Source: the human T2T-CHM13v2.0 reference genome, Homo sapiens. Taken from it: a DNA stretch of 64,000 nucleotides. Each line of letters opens with the position of its first letter. Position 1 is the stretch's first letter. Of this stretch, positions 50,489 to 63,638 are shown piece by piece. Made by a program: the position numbers and the translations under genes. The stretch spans positions 8,896,001 through 8,960,000 of the forward strand of contig CP086569.2 in NCBI GenBank assembly GCA_009914755.4, given 5' to 3'. Under the pieces are notes generated by a model. It was not told the origin of the DNA, searched no databases, and saw only the letters and a list, made by a program, of their open reading frames with translations.

Positions 50489-53149
50489 TTATCCACTTTA
50501 TTCGGGTGTCATAATGAATTGATCAATCCACGTGCTTTATTCTCTTCATGGAAATAACCAGTCTGCGTTGGAGCTGGGCCTCTAAAGTTGTAGAGTGAAT
50601 GGGTGTGGGATGTGTTGGGATTCTTCCTACAGGACAGAGTGGGAGAGGTAAAAGCAAAAGACAGCTTAGTTGGAGGCTGACTTCGTCCTGTGGAAGCAGA
50701 GATAGTTCAAGGAAAGGGGTTACTGGGTTTCCAGGGCCCAGTTTGCTGGGACCTCCAAAATCCTTCATTTTGGGTATCATCATACACAGTAGCTAAGCAC
50801 AGGATGATGGAAATCTTAAAGTTCGCTTTCGTGTTGAATCCACATGTTCTTTTAAAGGTGAATGCATGATCCTTTTCTGGGACAATCAGCCTCTCAGGAC
50901 TTCTGAAACATCAACGTGAGAAGAAATGGGCATGCAAGGTGTATGGAGGGACTGTGGGAAAGGTGACAGAGGCATGTGGGAAGGCATTCAGCATACGCTT
51001 TTGGTAGAGATGACTAAGGGAAAACAGAAACTTACAGAAGTGAGGGGAAAGGGGGTGGATTAGTGGAATATAAGATTGTTGGAGAATCCATCCATGGACT
51101 CTCTTGTCACTTGATGACCCAGGATATGGACACTCTTGTTGATGTTTACATCTTTAGTTGTTTTAAGCTTTTCTCCAAGATTCTGTGTTAGGTGAGGAGC
51201 CAATAACGTATGTAGCTAACAACAGTACGAGTGCATTTTGTGCTCTTGCAAAGTCTAGTGAGGCTCTATTCTCCCTCGTGATTGGCACTGCAGATTGTAT
51301 CTGGAGCCCAGGGCCCCTAAATTTTCTGTGGCCTCTTCAGCATAGTTTGCCTAAGGTTTAGAACGTAAAGCGAATATAGTTGCGGAATATGTTTTGCAAG
51401 CCTCACACAGGAGGACAAAACATACAGCTTTCATTCGCGAGTGGGAGGCTGCTTCCCAGGAACACGTGTGTCTGCACAAGACAAGGGGTTGCCTCTGTCA
51501 AGGATGGGGCAGGAGGATTTCAGTGTCGGAGGCAGAACTTTCTTTCCTGTTCCCAGATGAAACAGTTCCAACACGAGCATCCATGTTGACCACACGCTAC
51601 TAGAGTGCTAACATTGCTGTCCCGTATAGACTCTGGTCAGCACAGCTTCTGTGAGAAGAGCTATGTTGTTTCAGGGAAGAGGGTTTGACAGTCAAAGTTC
51701 CTGAATCTGTTGTGGTGCCTGCAATATGCATTCTACCCCTCCTGCTCGGTGTCAAAGCAGTTGAGCTTTGAAAATCTATCGCCCGGTTTTGTCCCTGCTC
51801 CTATGCAGACCTCTGAAGCTCTGGAGCGGGAGTCTTGTCCTCCTCTGACTACCGTCCCCCTGACCCACAAACACAGGAGAAACAGGTGTTCTAAGCAAAT
51901 TATTCTGAAAACAGTCGGAACCCTTTGGCCCCCTCAAGCTGCCCTCTATCCTACTGTGTGCATGTCAAAGACACTGTGGTCCAGTACGGTATCCCTATAG
52001 CGGCAATGGGGCAACAGATTGGTGTGTGCACTCTGGGCAACTCAGATTAGGAAACGTCTGGGGACTTGCCTATAACGAGGTCGTCTTAAAACGTGTTTCC
52101 CCAAATTTAAGGCATAGGAAAATGTTGAGGAAAGGGTCTTGCAATGATTTTTCTAGGAGGTAAATAGATAAGAAAATGACCGTAAATAGATGCCAGGGCT
52201 AGTTTTGGAGCTAGCCTGTTTTAAAGTGGTGGTAGGGGAGGAGGTTTTTCCAAGGCAGGTAGCAAACCAGGAACTGTCTACGATGGATGGGCGTGCCATG
52301 GGTTGGTGGCTCAGCCATATTGCCACCCCACGGAGTGGATGCAGCAGACTGGGCTTCTTCCTTGAATCCTACGTGCAATTCAGTCTAGTGATTTCACATG
52401 AGATCCCTTCTTCTGGTATTATCACAGATCGTGCTGAATTATACAGGCTGTGTAATGCTTCTTCCACTGAATATCCGTACACGTGGGCCACAGATGCTAA
52501 GGGCACTGACAAATTTGCACCGTGCCTCAGTAACTCGGAAGCACATCTGTGATTTGTACCGACAGGGACTTGGTGTCTTTTCGTGTTTAAAGTAGCACGT
52601 GTGTGTTTGTGGTTGCGTATGTTTATTTCTCTGTGCGGGTTTGTATATTTTCTCTGACTCCACCTATGTCTCCGTGGTTCCGATATTTTTCCACACTCCC
52701 TGCGGCAATTTGCACATGCCTATCTCTACAACCATTGTAGACTTTGTATCTGTGTCTTTGAACATCTGTCACTCTCTCTCCCTTCCTTTTTTCTTTTCCT
52801 TCCTTTACACCCCTCCTTTCATCCTTCCCTTGCTTCCCCACCACACTCTCTCCATCTGTATCGTCTATGTTTCTATTCTCTATCTGGGTTTACTTTCTAA
52901 TTCTGAATTCAAGGGCATTGAATTGAAAAGAAGCACTCTTCGTACTTTTATGTGTTTTAACTCATTTGGGGAATTTGGCGTGGTATTATTTACAGGGTTC
53001 TCTCTGCCCTTTCTCATTGTTCTCCCCAGCCGGGGCTGTTATTATGTGAAAGCTGGTTTCCTTCATCACATCGCGTAGGCTCTAATGATGTTTCGTTTAT
53101 TTTGATTCTCCTCACACTACATAGTTTTAATTTACCTAATGTGACTGTT

Positions 53150-53455
53150 TTTTTGTTTGTTTTCCGAGAATGGGTCTTACTCTGTCTTCTAGGTTGGACA
53201 GCAGCCCCACGATCTCAGCCCACTGCAGCCCAGGCACCACACACCCATGTGATCCTGTCAACTCAGACTCTCACACACCTGGCAGTACAGGTGCATGCCA
53301 CCCCTCCAAGCTATGTATTAATTAACTAAATACTTACTTTTTGAATGTGGGTCCATGTTGCCCCAGGCTCATCTGGAACTCCTGAGTGCAGGCAATCCTC
53401 CCACCTCAGCTTATCAAAGTGCTGGGATGACAGGTGTGACCCATGGCCCTGCCAT
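53150..53455 (-). mobile_element. Alu element, antisense, diverged
   Basis: gagaatgggtcttactctgtcttctaggttggacagcagccccacgatctcagcccactgcagcc...caaagtgctgggatgacaggtgtgacccatggccctgcc. Confidence 0.8.
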
Positions 53456-53589
53456 GGCTTTGTGTTTTTTGCTTTTTTCTTCCTCCTCCTCACGTCTTGT
53501 TTTGAAACATGCACTGAAGGTTTCAATTCATGGACTATAGCCTCTGTGCCTGGAATTTCTATCTTTCAACTCATCATCAGCATTCATTG

Positions 53590-53745
53590 GGATTTTCATA
53601 TATATATATACCTATATAAGAATACCTATGTACACACATATATACGTATATACATGTATATACGTATATATGCACATTTATATACGTATATACATGTATA
53701 TACGTATATATATACATGTACACATATGTATTTATTTCTCAAGTT
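53590..53745. repeat. Complex TA/TACA-rich tandem minisatellite with a period of about 40 bp
   Basis: atatacgtatatacatgtatatacgtatatatgcacattt followed by atatacgtatatacatgtatatacgtatatatatacatgt. Confidence 0.8.
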
Positions 53746-54229
53746 ACGAAATGGCTTGCATTCTTTCCTGTGTCATGAAAAAGACTTTGCTAGAAAAGAA
53801 AAGCACTGCTTTATAATAAAATATTTTATTTGCATTTATTTTGTTAAGGCATTTTAAAAATTGTATGTTTGTTTAAAAAATGTCATATGAAATGATACAT
53901 ATTTACAACTTAAGGCGTGATGTTCAACAGGTCATATACATTATGCATTGGATACATCCAGCCAATCAACATATGTGTGACCTCACATAGTTGTCATTTT
54001 TGTTGTGAAAAAACTTGACCTGCACTGTATTCGAATATTTTTAGAGAAAGAATATGTTACCACTAGTTATAGTGAGCATGCTGAAGAAAATATTTTAACC
54101 TATTCCTCCTTTATAACTAGAAGTATGAGTTCTTCATCCAGCATCTCGTCAGTGCACCCTCTTCACCGCAGTCATTGGAGTCACTACTTCTGTGAAGTCC
54201 GCTTTTTTGATTTCATATAAGAATGAGAT

Positions 54230-55560
54230 CATGTGCTATTTTCCTTTCTGATACCTGGCTTATGTCACTTAACAGAATGGCATGCACACATTCAGCAGAT
54301 TCCCACACATTCTCACAACTGGCAGGATTTCCTGATTTCTTATTGCAGCGCATATTTCCGTTGCGCATATGCGTTTTTGCCCCATTTTTTAATCCACTTA
54401 TCAATGGAGGGACACTCAGGTTGCTTCCGCATTTTGGCTACAGCAAAAATGTAATGAGTGCAGCAATAATTGCATGGGTGCGCGCACCGCTTCAACATAC
54501 TGATCTGTGTACTGGCGGGCGTGCCCGGGTATTCTGATTTGCTGGATCATATAGTGGGTGGTTCTACTTGTAGATTTCTGAAGGCTGTTTATACTTAAAT
54601 AAGAGCCATAAAGCTTCTTTAATGCCAGCACTAATTTACATTCTCCCCAAAAGTGAGCAGGGAATTCGTTTTCTCTGCCTCCTCACCAGAGATTAGGGTT
54701 TTCTTTTCTTTCTTTTTTTTTTTTGTTTGTTTGTCTTTCGGATAATATGCATTCTGACTGAAGTGAGAAGAAATCTCATTGTGTTTTTGATTTGCATTTT
54801 CGTGATGGATTGGGGATAATGAGGAATTTTTAGTGTGTCTTCTGGGCAACTGTATGTCTCAGTTTCACAAATGAGTCTTCGCAGCCTTCGCCCATTTGTT
54901 TTCATGCTATTGAGTTGTTGGGAGTTCCTTATGTACTGTGACTATTCCCCCATGAACAGATGTATGGTGATCCAATCATTGCTCCCATCCTGTAGGATGC
55001 CCCTTCTGTATGTTGAGTTTTCTATGGTGTGGTGAAGCACTTTAGTTTGATATGATTCCATTCTCTATTTTTGATGGTGTTTACTGTGTTCTTGCAGTCA
55101 CTTTGAGACCATCATTGCACACACGGACGCCATGGAGCTTCTTCCTTGTGATCTCTTCTGCTATTTTTATCGTTTCACATCTGACACTGGAGTTTGGTGA
55201 TAAATAATCCACTTGTAAAATCCTTTGTGTGGCTATTCAGATTTCCCCAACCTAGTTTATAGAAGATACTTGATTTTGCATTGGGCGTTCTTGCTTCTTT
55301 GGGAAAAGGCTGTGAGCTGCAAATGCAGTGACTTAGTTCTGGGCTCCTGTTGTTTTTCCTAAGCTCTAGTCTCTGCTTTTCTGCCAGTGCTATTGTATTT
55401 TGGTACAAAAAGTTTTGTAGTAGTATATCATGAAGTTAGGTAGTGTGGTGGCTCCAGCTTTGTGCTTTTTACTGGATTGCTCTGGGTTTTCAGGATCTTC
55501 TGCCATTTCATAGCAAATTTGGGATTCCCAGATTGTTTTTCTAAGAAGAATGTGTCATTG
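54230..55560 (+). mobile_element. Old L1 (LINE-1) ORF2 3'-region fragment, diverged
   Basis: It is collinear with the L1 consensus. ggacactcaggttgcttccgcattttggctacagcaaaaatgtaatgagtgcagcaataa matches L1 ggacatttaggttgtttccaagtctttgctattgtgaatagtgccgcaataa. tgggcaactgtatgtctcagtttcac...cttcgcccatttgttttcatgctattgag matches ctgttggctgcataaatgtcttcttttgagaagtgtctgttcatatccttcgcccacttttt. Confidence 0.65.
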
Positions 55561-55649
55561 ATATTTTTACAGGGGTTGTATAGAATCTGAGGATGACTCA
55601 GGTAGTAGTGATGTCAATGCCGTTTAGACAATGTGCGTGTTTGTGTGCA

Positions 55650-57100
55650 CAAGCTCAGGGCCAAGAGACACTGGGTGTCCTCACCAATACTGAGGTGGGC
55701 CTTAATATCCAGCCAGATTGCCTTCTGGAAACACACGGAATGTCCTGTTCTGTTTTGCCATCTCTTCACATTTCCTCCCCTGTGAGCCCTGTGTGGTCCT
55801 CCAGATTCCCTGTGCGGTGGCCTGCCTTTTTTGGGGTGGGGAGTTGCTGGGTGAATGAGGATGGCGGAGGGAACCAAGCATGTCAGTGGAGCGTGGTGTC
55901 ATCCAAACGGTACTTAGCAGGCCTGGGAGAGTCATTCTGGGAGGACGCAGACCTAGAGAGGCCTCAGGTGGGCATCTGTGTGGAGGGTGAGAGATCCCTG
56001 GTTGAGCCCAAACTGAACCCCAGGTAGAAGCAAGCCTCAGGACAGGGAAGTAGCTAGCAAGGGATGATGAGGCAGCTATCTCTTGACCCTGGCTTCCCAC
56101 CCATTGACCTTAGCTACTTATGCCTATTAAGCAGATTACGGTTCCCCCATCGTGAAATGTGGGTACCACCGTTCCCTAATGGGCATTTCTCCACCAGCCC
56201 ATGATGGCCTGAGTTTCCTTACTGCAGTCTCCTCCCTGAGCCTTGGCTTCTCTATGTGTGTCCTAACTCCAGGACCCACAGGCCTGTCAACCCCCAGCCC
56301 TGGGCTGCTTCCCTGGCCTCTTCTCTGTTCCCTCTCTGAGGGCCTAACTCCCTTGGGTAGTGCTGCAGAATATAGAGCCACAGGCCCTGGCTGATGATCT
56401 GGTGGACTGGGCAAATTGGTCGTGACAGGTCAGGTTCTGGTTCAAAGCCAATTCCTCCGATGCCAAGGAATGTCGAAGAAGGTCCTTTGCCATGATGCCC
56501 CATAGCTGCCCCACCTCAGCAATCGTGCCGTAACCTGGGCCCTCACAGTCAGACAACCAGCTGAAGAAGCTCAGGCAGTGACCTGCGGGAAACTCGGGCT
56601 TTCACCTGCATGACCCTAGAACCACTGGACTGCAGTGGAGCCAGTCACCCTGTATCCTGGAGGGAGACGAGTCAGGAAGGCGCACGCCAGGCCCAGCTCC
56701 CGAGGTACTACCCCCTCTACTCCTCAGGGAGGATGCCAATGCAATACTCCTTAGTCATCACTTTGTTTCCGAAGTAAATGTTGTGATGAAAGGCAAACTT
56801 CTTCCTACCCCTTGTATTCAGGGTGGCCGAGTTCCTCCACCTGCCTGTCCAAGAAGGAGAAACAGGGCTGTGAAGGGGCAATTTCATCTAGGTGGGCTGA
56901 GGTGGCATTCTAGCCGGGGTGAAGCATGCGTTTCCCCTTCCCAGCTTTCCCGCTGAGACACACCTGAGCCCCAGAAGGACCTCAACCTGACCAGGACCTT
57001 AGCGCCCTCCCCCAGACCCAGGCTTTCCATCCTGACCTGCAAATCCAACATGCAGCTTTGAAGGACTTTCTCATGGTTTCTGAGCTCCTTGCTCTCACCA
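55650..57100 (-). pseudogene. Partial TSPY-like pseudogene, copy D (3' portion only, exon-3- to 5-like plus 3' flank), an intra-unit duplicate of 43780-45250
   Basis: The stretch 55650-55840 matches 43780-43990 (ggtgggccttaat.tcccagcc...tgtggtcctccagattcc.tgtg.ggtgg). The stretch 56630-56850 matches 44800-45030 (ctgcagtgga..cagtcaccctgta.cctg.agggaga.gagtcaggaagg...). The exon-3-like remnant near 56740-56800 is decayed. Confidence 0.65.
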
Positions 57101-59129
57101 GAAAGAATCAGAACTTTTAAAGTGTTCTTTATGCCAACTTAAATTTTTTCATTTTTACTACCTCATGTTTTGGATGAGGCATGTATTTTTAAATTTATTT
57201 TCACCCTTATTGTACCTCTATGATAAACTGCTTGCTTACATTCATACCGTAATTATCTCTCAGGTTACTTGTCTGTTCCTAAAGATTCACTGAAACGAAG
57301 AATTCTATATATGCTTGTATCTTTCAGCAACCGTATGTCAGATAGCACTGCACATTACTGCAGACATCGCATATACAGGTCCAAAGGTAGAGGAAGAAGA
57401 AGAAAGCAAGCGTTAAACTCTATTCATTCCTAAAAGCATATCAGAAACTCACAAATAACAGTGAAATCAAAGAATGATCACAGCCAATTCCATTACATAC
57501 CTAGACTGAAATACGAAACTTCAAAGAAAAGAAACATTAGAACTTTGGGTTTGTAAAAATTTTCCTATATAGATAAAATTATTGGTAACTGTGTCTCACT
57601 AGAAAACGTAAACAAAAATCCATGTTTTTCATATTTGTAAATATACATAGTTTTATTTCCATCAGTTATGACATGCAAGCAAGTAATAAAGTGAAAGTAC
57701 AATCAAATGATATATGGAACTTCCTCAGTCTTAAAATATTCCATGGAGACTATCAATTTTATGAAAACTATAAAGAATGCTTCATGAAACTACATTGTAC
57801 AGTGCCATTTACTATTTTACTGACATTTTAAATAATCAACAATTAAAGGGAATACGTCAACATTATTTAATACCAATAACGTTATTTTTCTTGAGTAATC
57901 CTGTTGAAATTAAGGATTTTAAATAAAACATTAAAAACAAATTATATTGACTGATTTCAGCTTTGGATGAAATCATACTTGTGTATTTGTAGTAATGCGA
58001 AGCATAACTTTCTCCTCACAATTAATCTTTTATAACATCGGTGTTATAGTTTTCTCTGACACCAACATTGTGATATCGCACAGGTTTACTGCATGCATGC
58101 ATTACATGCCTCCAGAGAGTAGGCTTCAAATATATGGAAAAATTATATTTATGAAAAAATTCTAGGAAAGGGAATGGTGAAATGGAAGAGAATTTCTCAC
58201 TTGCTAACTGTTGGACATGGATTTGTATATATTTGGATATAGACACATACTGGCACACTGTGAGTTTGCCCATGTATATATACACTTATATGAGAAACCC
58301 ATAATATATGGGTTGTGTAATCTTTTAATTAATCCATAATTGTATGTGTGTGAAATTAGATAAGCGGTTACCTTTTCTTTACTCAATTTGATGGAAAGCC
58401 AAAAAACTCTGTCCACCTTCATTTCAATTAATCCAATACTGTTAACTGCTGGTAGCTTCATTCTCCTTGTTCTCTTACGGCAACCGGAAAGTTAATTCTC
58501 GCTCTAATTTGGCTTTCAAGGTGCGATCAACAAGAGTGTCACCTTGCTGTGGATTGTGACCTCTGACTCCACCTCTGTCTTCCTTTTGCAGTCCTACCTT
58601 TGCATAGGTAACAAACTTTGTACATGGTTAAAAGGATAAACGTTCAGTGAAATGTCAAGCCATGCTGTGAAATGTTCCATAGTTTCTATATCTCTAATTG
58701 TCCTTTGATGTTATAGAGGCAAGAAAAATAATTCAATGTTTTTCTTAGTATCTAGTCCAATGCACGCTTTCTTCATAATACTGCAAACAAGGCACTGACA
58801 TGGAAACGTGGCTGGACGTCTCAAAATCTCTTCTCATTAATTACCATTATGTTAATCACTGTTGCCCACAACTGGAATTGGACTTTGAAATCCCCTGGTG
58901 GAAATTGCTATAATGGCTCAAACTACTGGAAAGACTATCTTTTTTTTACCTGAAAATATCTGATGAGCATAGACGTATGCTATATACAGGAACATATTGT
59001 ACATTAACAACATACCATCACTGCCACTCAATAATAGGTATCCCAAACCTTTGAGCCAAACTGAGCTCGGGTGCTCCCACAAACCAAGCTTTTCCCTCCA
59101 CAGATTTCTTATGTCAAAAAGCCACAACT

Positions 59130-59445
59130 CCAGGCCAGGCTTCGTGGCTCTTGTTGTAATTTCTACATTTTGGGAGGCCGAGGTTGGTGGGTCACTTGAG
59201 GTCAGGAGTTGGAGACCAGCATGGGCAACATGGCAAAAAGCTGTCTCTACCAAAAATACAAAAATTAGCCAGACCTAGTGGCACTTTCCTGTGGTCCCAG
59301 CTACTTGGGAGGCTGAGGCAGGAGAACCACCTGAACATGGGTGGCAGAGATTGTATAGTAAGCCAAGATCAGACTACTGCACTCCAGCCTGGATGACACA
59401 GCGAGACCATGACTGAAAAAAGAAAAAAAAAAAATAAAGGCAACT
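59130..59445 (+). mobile_element. Alu element
   Basis: ggccaggcttcgtggctc...ttgggaggccgaggttggtgggtcacttgaggtcaggagttggagaccagcatgggcaacatggcaaaaag...gcactccagcctggatgacacagcgagaccatgactg, with a poly-A tail. Confidence 0.9.
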
Positions 59446-59482
59446 CCACTCGTCCACTGGCTTAGGTAAAAAGTACTGGAGT

Positions 59483-59795
59483 TGGCTGGGCTCGGTGGCT
59501 CACACCTGTATTCCCAGCACTTTGGATTTTGGGAAGCTGAGTCGGGCGGGTCACCTGAGATCTGTAGTAGGAGAGCAGCCTGGCCAACATGGTGAAGCCT
59601 GGCTTCTGCTAAAAATACAAAACATTAGCTGAGCGTGGTGATGCATGCTTGTAATCCCAGCTACTGCAGAGGCTGAACCTGGGAGGCGGAGGTTGTGTTG
59701 AGCTGAGATCCTGCCACTGCGCTCCAGCCTGGTCTACAGAGCGAGAGTACCCTGTGAGAAACAAAGGTGAAGAGAACAAGAAAAAAAAAATGAGA
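59483..59795 (+). mobile_element. Alu element
   Basis: ggctgggctcggtggctcacacctgtattcccagcactttgga...gcctggccaacatggtgaagcctggcttctgctaaaaatacaaaacattagctgagcgtggtgatgcatgcttgtaatcccagctactg...gcgctccagcctggtctacagagcgagag. Confidence 0.9.
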
Positions 59796-59869
59796 AAAAT
59801 AAGACCCACTGCAAAAGGTTGCCACAGAAAAGATTAAACATTTCAGCAACTTCTATCTTCTGTCATGGA

Positions 59870-60240
59870 AGCCAAGGTTATTTGGACCAAACCTCCTGTC
59901 TTAGTTCATTTTCACGCTGCTGAAGAAGACATACCTGAAACTGGGAATAAAAGGAGGTTTAATTGGACTGACAGTTCCACATGGCTGTGGAGGCCTCAGA
60001 ATCATGGTATACGAATAAAGGCACTTCTTACATGGCAATGCCAAGAGAGAATGAGGAAGAACCTGAGGCAGAAACCCCTGAAAAACCCATCAGATCCCGT
60101 GAGACTTCTTCACTGTCACAAGAATAGCATGAGAAAGACCGACCCCCATGATTCAATTACCTCCCCCTGGGTCCCACCCGCAACACGAGGGAATTCTGGG
60201 AGATACAATTGAAGCTGAGATTTGAATGGAGACACACCAA
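59870..60240 (+). mobile_element. Fragment of a common human interspersed repeat family (the consensus reads ...gtttaattggact.acagttccacatggctg.ggaggcctcagaatcatgg...gagacttattcact.tcacgagaatagcatg.gaaagac.gcccccatgattcaattacctcccc.tgggtccctcccacaacacg.gggaattctgggagatacaattcaagatgagatttg.gtggggacacagccaaaccat); I cannot name the family with confidence
   Basis: It matches, by memory, a very abundant genomic repeat. The 115-aa ORF at 59865-60212 lies wholly within it. Confidence 0.55.
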
Positions 60241-61696
60241 ACCATGTCACTTCCCAAACAATTAAAAATTCCCAATAGAAGAAGCATTAATTATATCAAA
60301 AAGTGGTGGACCAAGAAGGAACTATTAGCCTCATATCTCAAGAAAGACTCCAGTCAAGGCCTAGGGACTACTCATGAAAAGAGTTTAATAGCCGACTCTC
60401 TCCCAGTGGATCTGGATTCCACCGGACTGTATCTTCACAGTAAGGGTGAAACAGAAGCAAACCCATTCCTATTTCCAAGCTCAAGGAACTTTGGTCAAAG
60501 TTCTCTTGGAGCTGAGCAGAACAAGGAGGCAAACAGAAAAGATTTGTGTCCCTGAGAAGTCATGGCCACAGGCTGGCTATCACACAGATTGTCAAGCCAG
60601 TTCCATATTGCATGGGTATTACAGAAAATCTCAAAACATAAATTTGTGTGTGGGTTGTCCCAGAGTAGCAGGATCTGGCAGAAGGAAATTTCCTTCTAAC
60701 CCTCAAAGAATCCACATAAATCTTGTTACATTTGGGATTTTACGATTTGCTTCAGGAATGAGAATGGCCTTAATTTTCATATCTTTTTCTACACTCAGTT
60801 TATGTCTTGTTGGCGTCAAAGTTCTGCTTGCTTCACACAATGAGTTTAGGATTTTCCCTTTTTTATTCTATAGAATTCTTCATATATATTGAAATGCTCT
60901 GCCTGGGGAAAAAAATCTGAGCCTAGCGTTTTATCTCTAGGAAGAATCCTTTATTTCCTTGGACATTTATGAGACTATACAGATTATATATGTCTTCTTG
61001 TATCAATTTTACTAAGCTATATACATAGCTTATGTTTATATATTATATATATAAATGTAAGATACAAATATAAAAATTATGTATAAATATGAAAATATAT
61101 ATAGAAAGCGATATATATGTCTATATATAGAGACAGATTATAAATATCTGTCTATTTGATCTAAGTTTTCAAATTTGTAGGTTAAGGTGTTAACGATATT
61201 TCCTTATTAGCTTCTTAATCTATGCTGTATCTATGGTTGTGTACCTTTTAAATTCTTAGTTTTATCTATGTTTTCTCCCTTTTTTTCTAAACTTGACTGA
61301 CGGTTGCATCATTTATTATATTTCTCCAACAAGCAAAGGTTAGCTTTGTATGTTTTACTAATTTTGTCTACATCATTATTCCCACACTTTAGTTTTTCAG
61401 AATTGATTCTGTTGTTTCTTTTCTAATTCTTTATTGAAATATCTAGTACATTAATTTTCAAGTTATTAGAGAAATATTTGTCTGTAAACTCCTATTGTAA
61501 TATCACTTTTCTTGCTACTCACAGATTTAATCTTTAATATTGGCGGTATCATTGAGTTCTAAGTACATTTCAATTCCTAGTATGATAATCTATGAATTGC
61601 TGAGAAATAGTGTTTACAATTTTGTTGTTCTATTTCCACTTAAGTTTATTTTTACTTCTGCTAACTCAATTGAAAATTCTTTACTAATTTTTAAAA

Positions 61697-61812
61697 TCCT
61701 TGAACCCAAGAGATGGAGGTTGCAGTGAGCTGAGATCAGGCCACTGCATTCCAGACTGAGTGACAGAGTGGAACGAGATTTCAAAACAAAACAAAACAAA
61801 ACAAAACAAAAC
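61697..61812 (+). mobile_element. Alu 3' fragment with an (AAAAC)n tail
   Basis: ccttgaacccaagagatggaggttgcagtgagctgagatcaggccactgcattccagactgagtgacagagtggaacgagatttcaaaacaaaacaaaacaaaacaaaac. Confidence 0.85.
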
Positions 61813-63369
61813 AGTCACTGGAAAGATAATAAAATACATAAATGTGGGATGTAATATGTAATCGTGATAAAATAAACTGGATTTTTTGTATAAGTTATAC
61901 ATATAAATGTAATGCCAAGACACTGATAAGACAACTCATGGTCTTATCTCAATACTTAGTGTCTTCATGTAACATATGTCCTTTAGGATAGTTATAGTCC
62001 GTTTTCTTTCCAGGAGAGACAGATGAGAATGCAGAAATGTTAAAGTGCAAGGGACGGAAGCTTCCAGCTGTGCCCACCTGTAACCTGACGTAGACAGTTC
62101 CACCGTTTGCTTCATTAATCATGCCAAAGGCTCTAATGCAAATGTGGTACAGAGTCACATGTTTTTGTATCTACATGATAGAAACTATAACTTCATCCCT
62201 ATATAGAAGGGTATATAGCATATGCCTCAGTGATAAATATAAGTGAATCATTGATCAGTAGGAAACCATTTTAAAAGTCTTTCATAACAGAACAAAATCC
62301 CTGAGAACATTTTCTTCTCAATCTCTGAGTTTTCTTACACGGCTTATGAATCTCTAGCCATACTAAAGAGATAGTATGCTGCTCTTCCCACAAATTATTC
62401 ATTGTATATAATTCCTGTAATCTAATAACAGTACCTTTACACCTCAGGGTTTAAAATGACTCCAACCTTTTTCTGTTTCTCCAATTAAAATAACTTTTTT
62501 AAGGTTTAATCTTCAGTAATTTTTTGTAGTAATATTTTTGAAGGTATTTGACCAGGATGATTTGCTTATATACCTACCTGACGTCTCCCTTTCTTCTGAA
62601 TACATATTTTATTACCCACCTATTAGATCTAAGTTTAAGAAGTTGGAATAGGGATTTAAATCTAAATTCTACATTTGAATTTACAGGAGTCAGCGAGTCC
62701 AGGAAGTGCCTTTATGCACAGACCAATATCTGGCAATGGCACTAGGGGACAAATAAGCTTTACCAGTCTCAAAGCCCTGGCTACTACAGTGAATCCACCC
62801 TTCTCCTGGATCTTATCTACTTCAGCAAAAGAAGGCCACCCACTAAACCAGGCCCTTGTACTTTGGGTGGAAACTCCTAAGTCCTCTAGTCTCCTCAAAC
62901 AGACAGCCAGGCTGCCAATTTCCACAATAATAATTTCTATAGCACTGAGTCTTTGGTAGCCTTGTAACTATAGCTACTGATGCTACAGTCTGGTCCCTGT
63001 ATGATAAAACACCAGAGCAACAGAAACAAAAATATTGACTGAAGCCTTCTAAAATCTCTCTAAATATACCTTCAATAAATATGGTTTTTTTTACAGAACG
63101 ACTGCTTTCAGCTTCCTGAACTAACGCTTGGCCTTCGCTAGTTGTCACTGTTGAAATTGATTCAAAAGTGTACATTTAACATGAAAGTCAACACAGAATT
63201 TCATGTGTCAGCAACTAAAATTTTCAAAATGTTGCAAAATACAAATGTGAAACTGTATTTGTGAAATTTACCATTCATTGAAATTATATTTTCATACCTA
63301 CCCAGGCACAGAATTTTTTATAACTGTCTGCATGTTCTCCTCATGTGGGGGAAAAACAGCATCAGCAGG

Positions 63370-63470
63370 CAGAGGAATCCTTTGAAGCTGGAGGGAGAGG
63401 TTGCAGTGATCTGAGAGTTTGCCACTTGACTGCAGCCTGGATGACACAGTGAGACTCCAACTGAAAAGAA
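63370..63470 (+). mobile_element. Alu 3' fragment
   Basis: ggagggagaggttgcagtgatctgagagtttgccacttgactgcagcctggatgacacagtgagactccaactgaaaag. Confidence 0.75.
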
Positions 63471-63471
63471 A

Positions 63472-63474
<3 letters not shown>

Positions 63475-63520
<46 letters not shown>
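63475..63520. repeat. (AC)n microsatellite
   Basis: acacacacac... Confidence 0.9.
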
Positions 63521-63522
<2 letters not shown>

Positions 63523-63589
63523 CCCCAAAATTGATAAGTAAAAAAAAAATCCGTATTCGAAAACATGCTCACAGGCTAACTCCCATATC

Positions 63590-63592
<3 letters not shown>

Positions 63593-63636
<44 letters not shown>
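63593..63636. repeat. (CA)n microsatellite
   Basis: cacacacaca... Confidence 0.9.

Positions 63637-63638
<2 letters not shown>

Noticed and set aside
52599-53078. 159-aa plus-strand ORF in pyrimidine-rich sequence
   Set aside because: It lies in a polypyrimidine low-complexity tract and gives a Cys/Leu/Phe-rich nonsense peptide.
59865-60212. 115-aa ORF MEAKVIWTKPP...
   Set aside because: It lies entirely within a common interspersed-repeat fragment. Identical pseudo-ORFs occur wherever this repeat is found.
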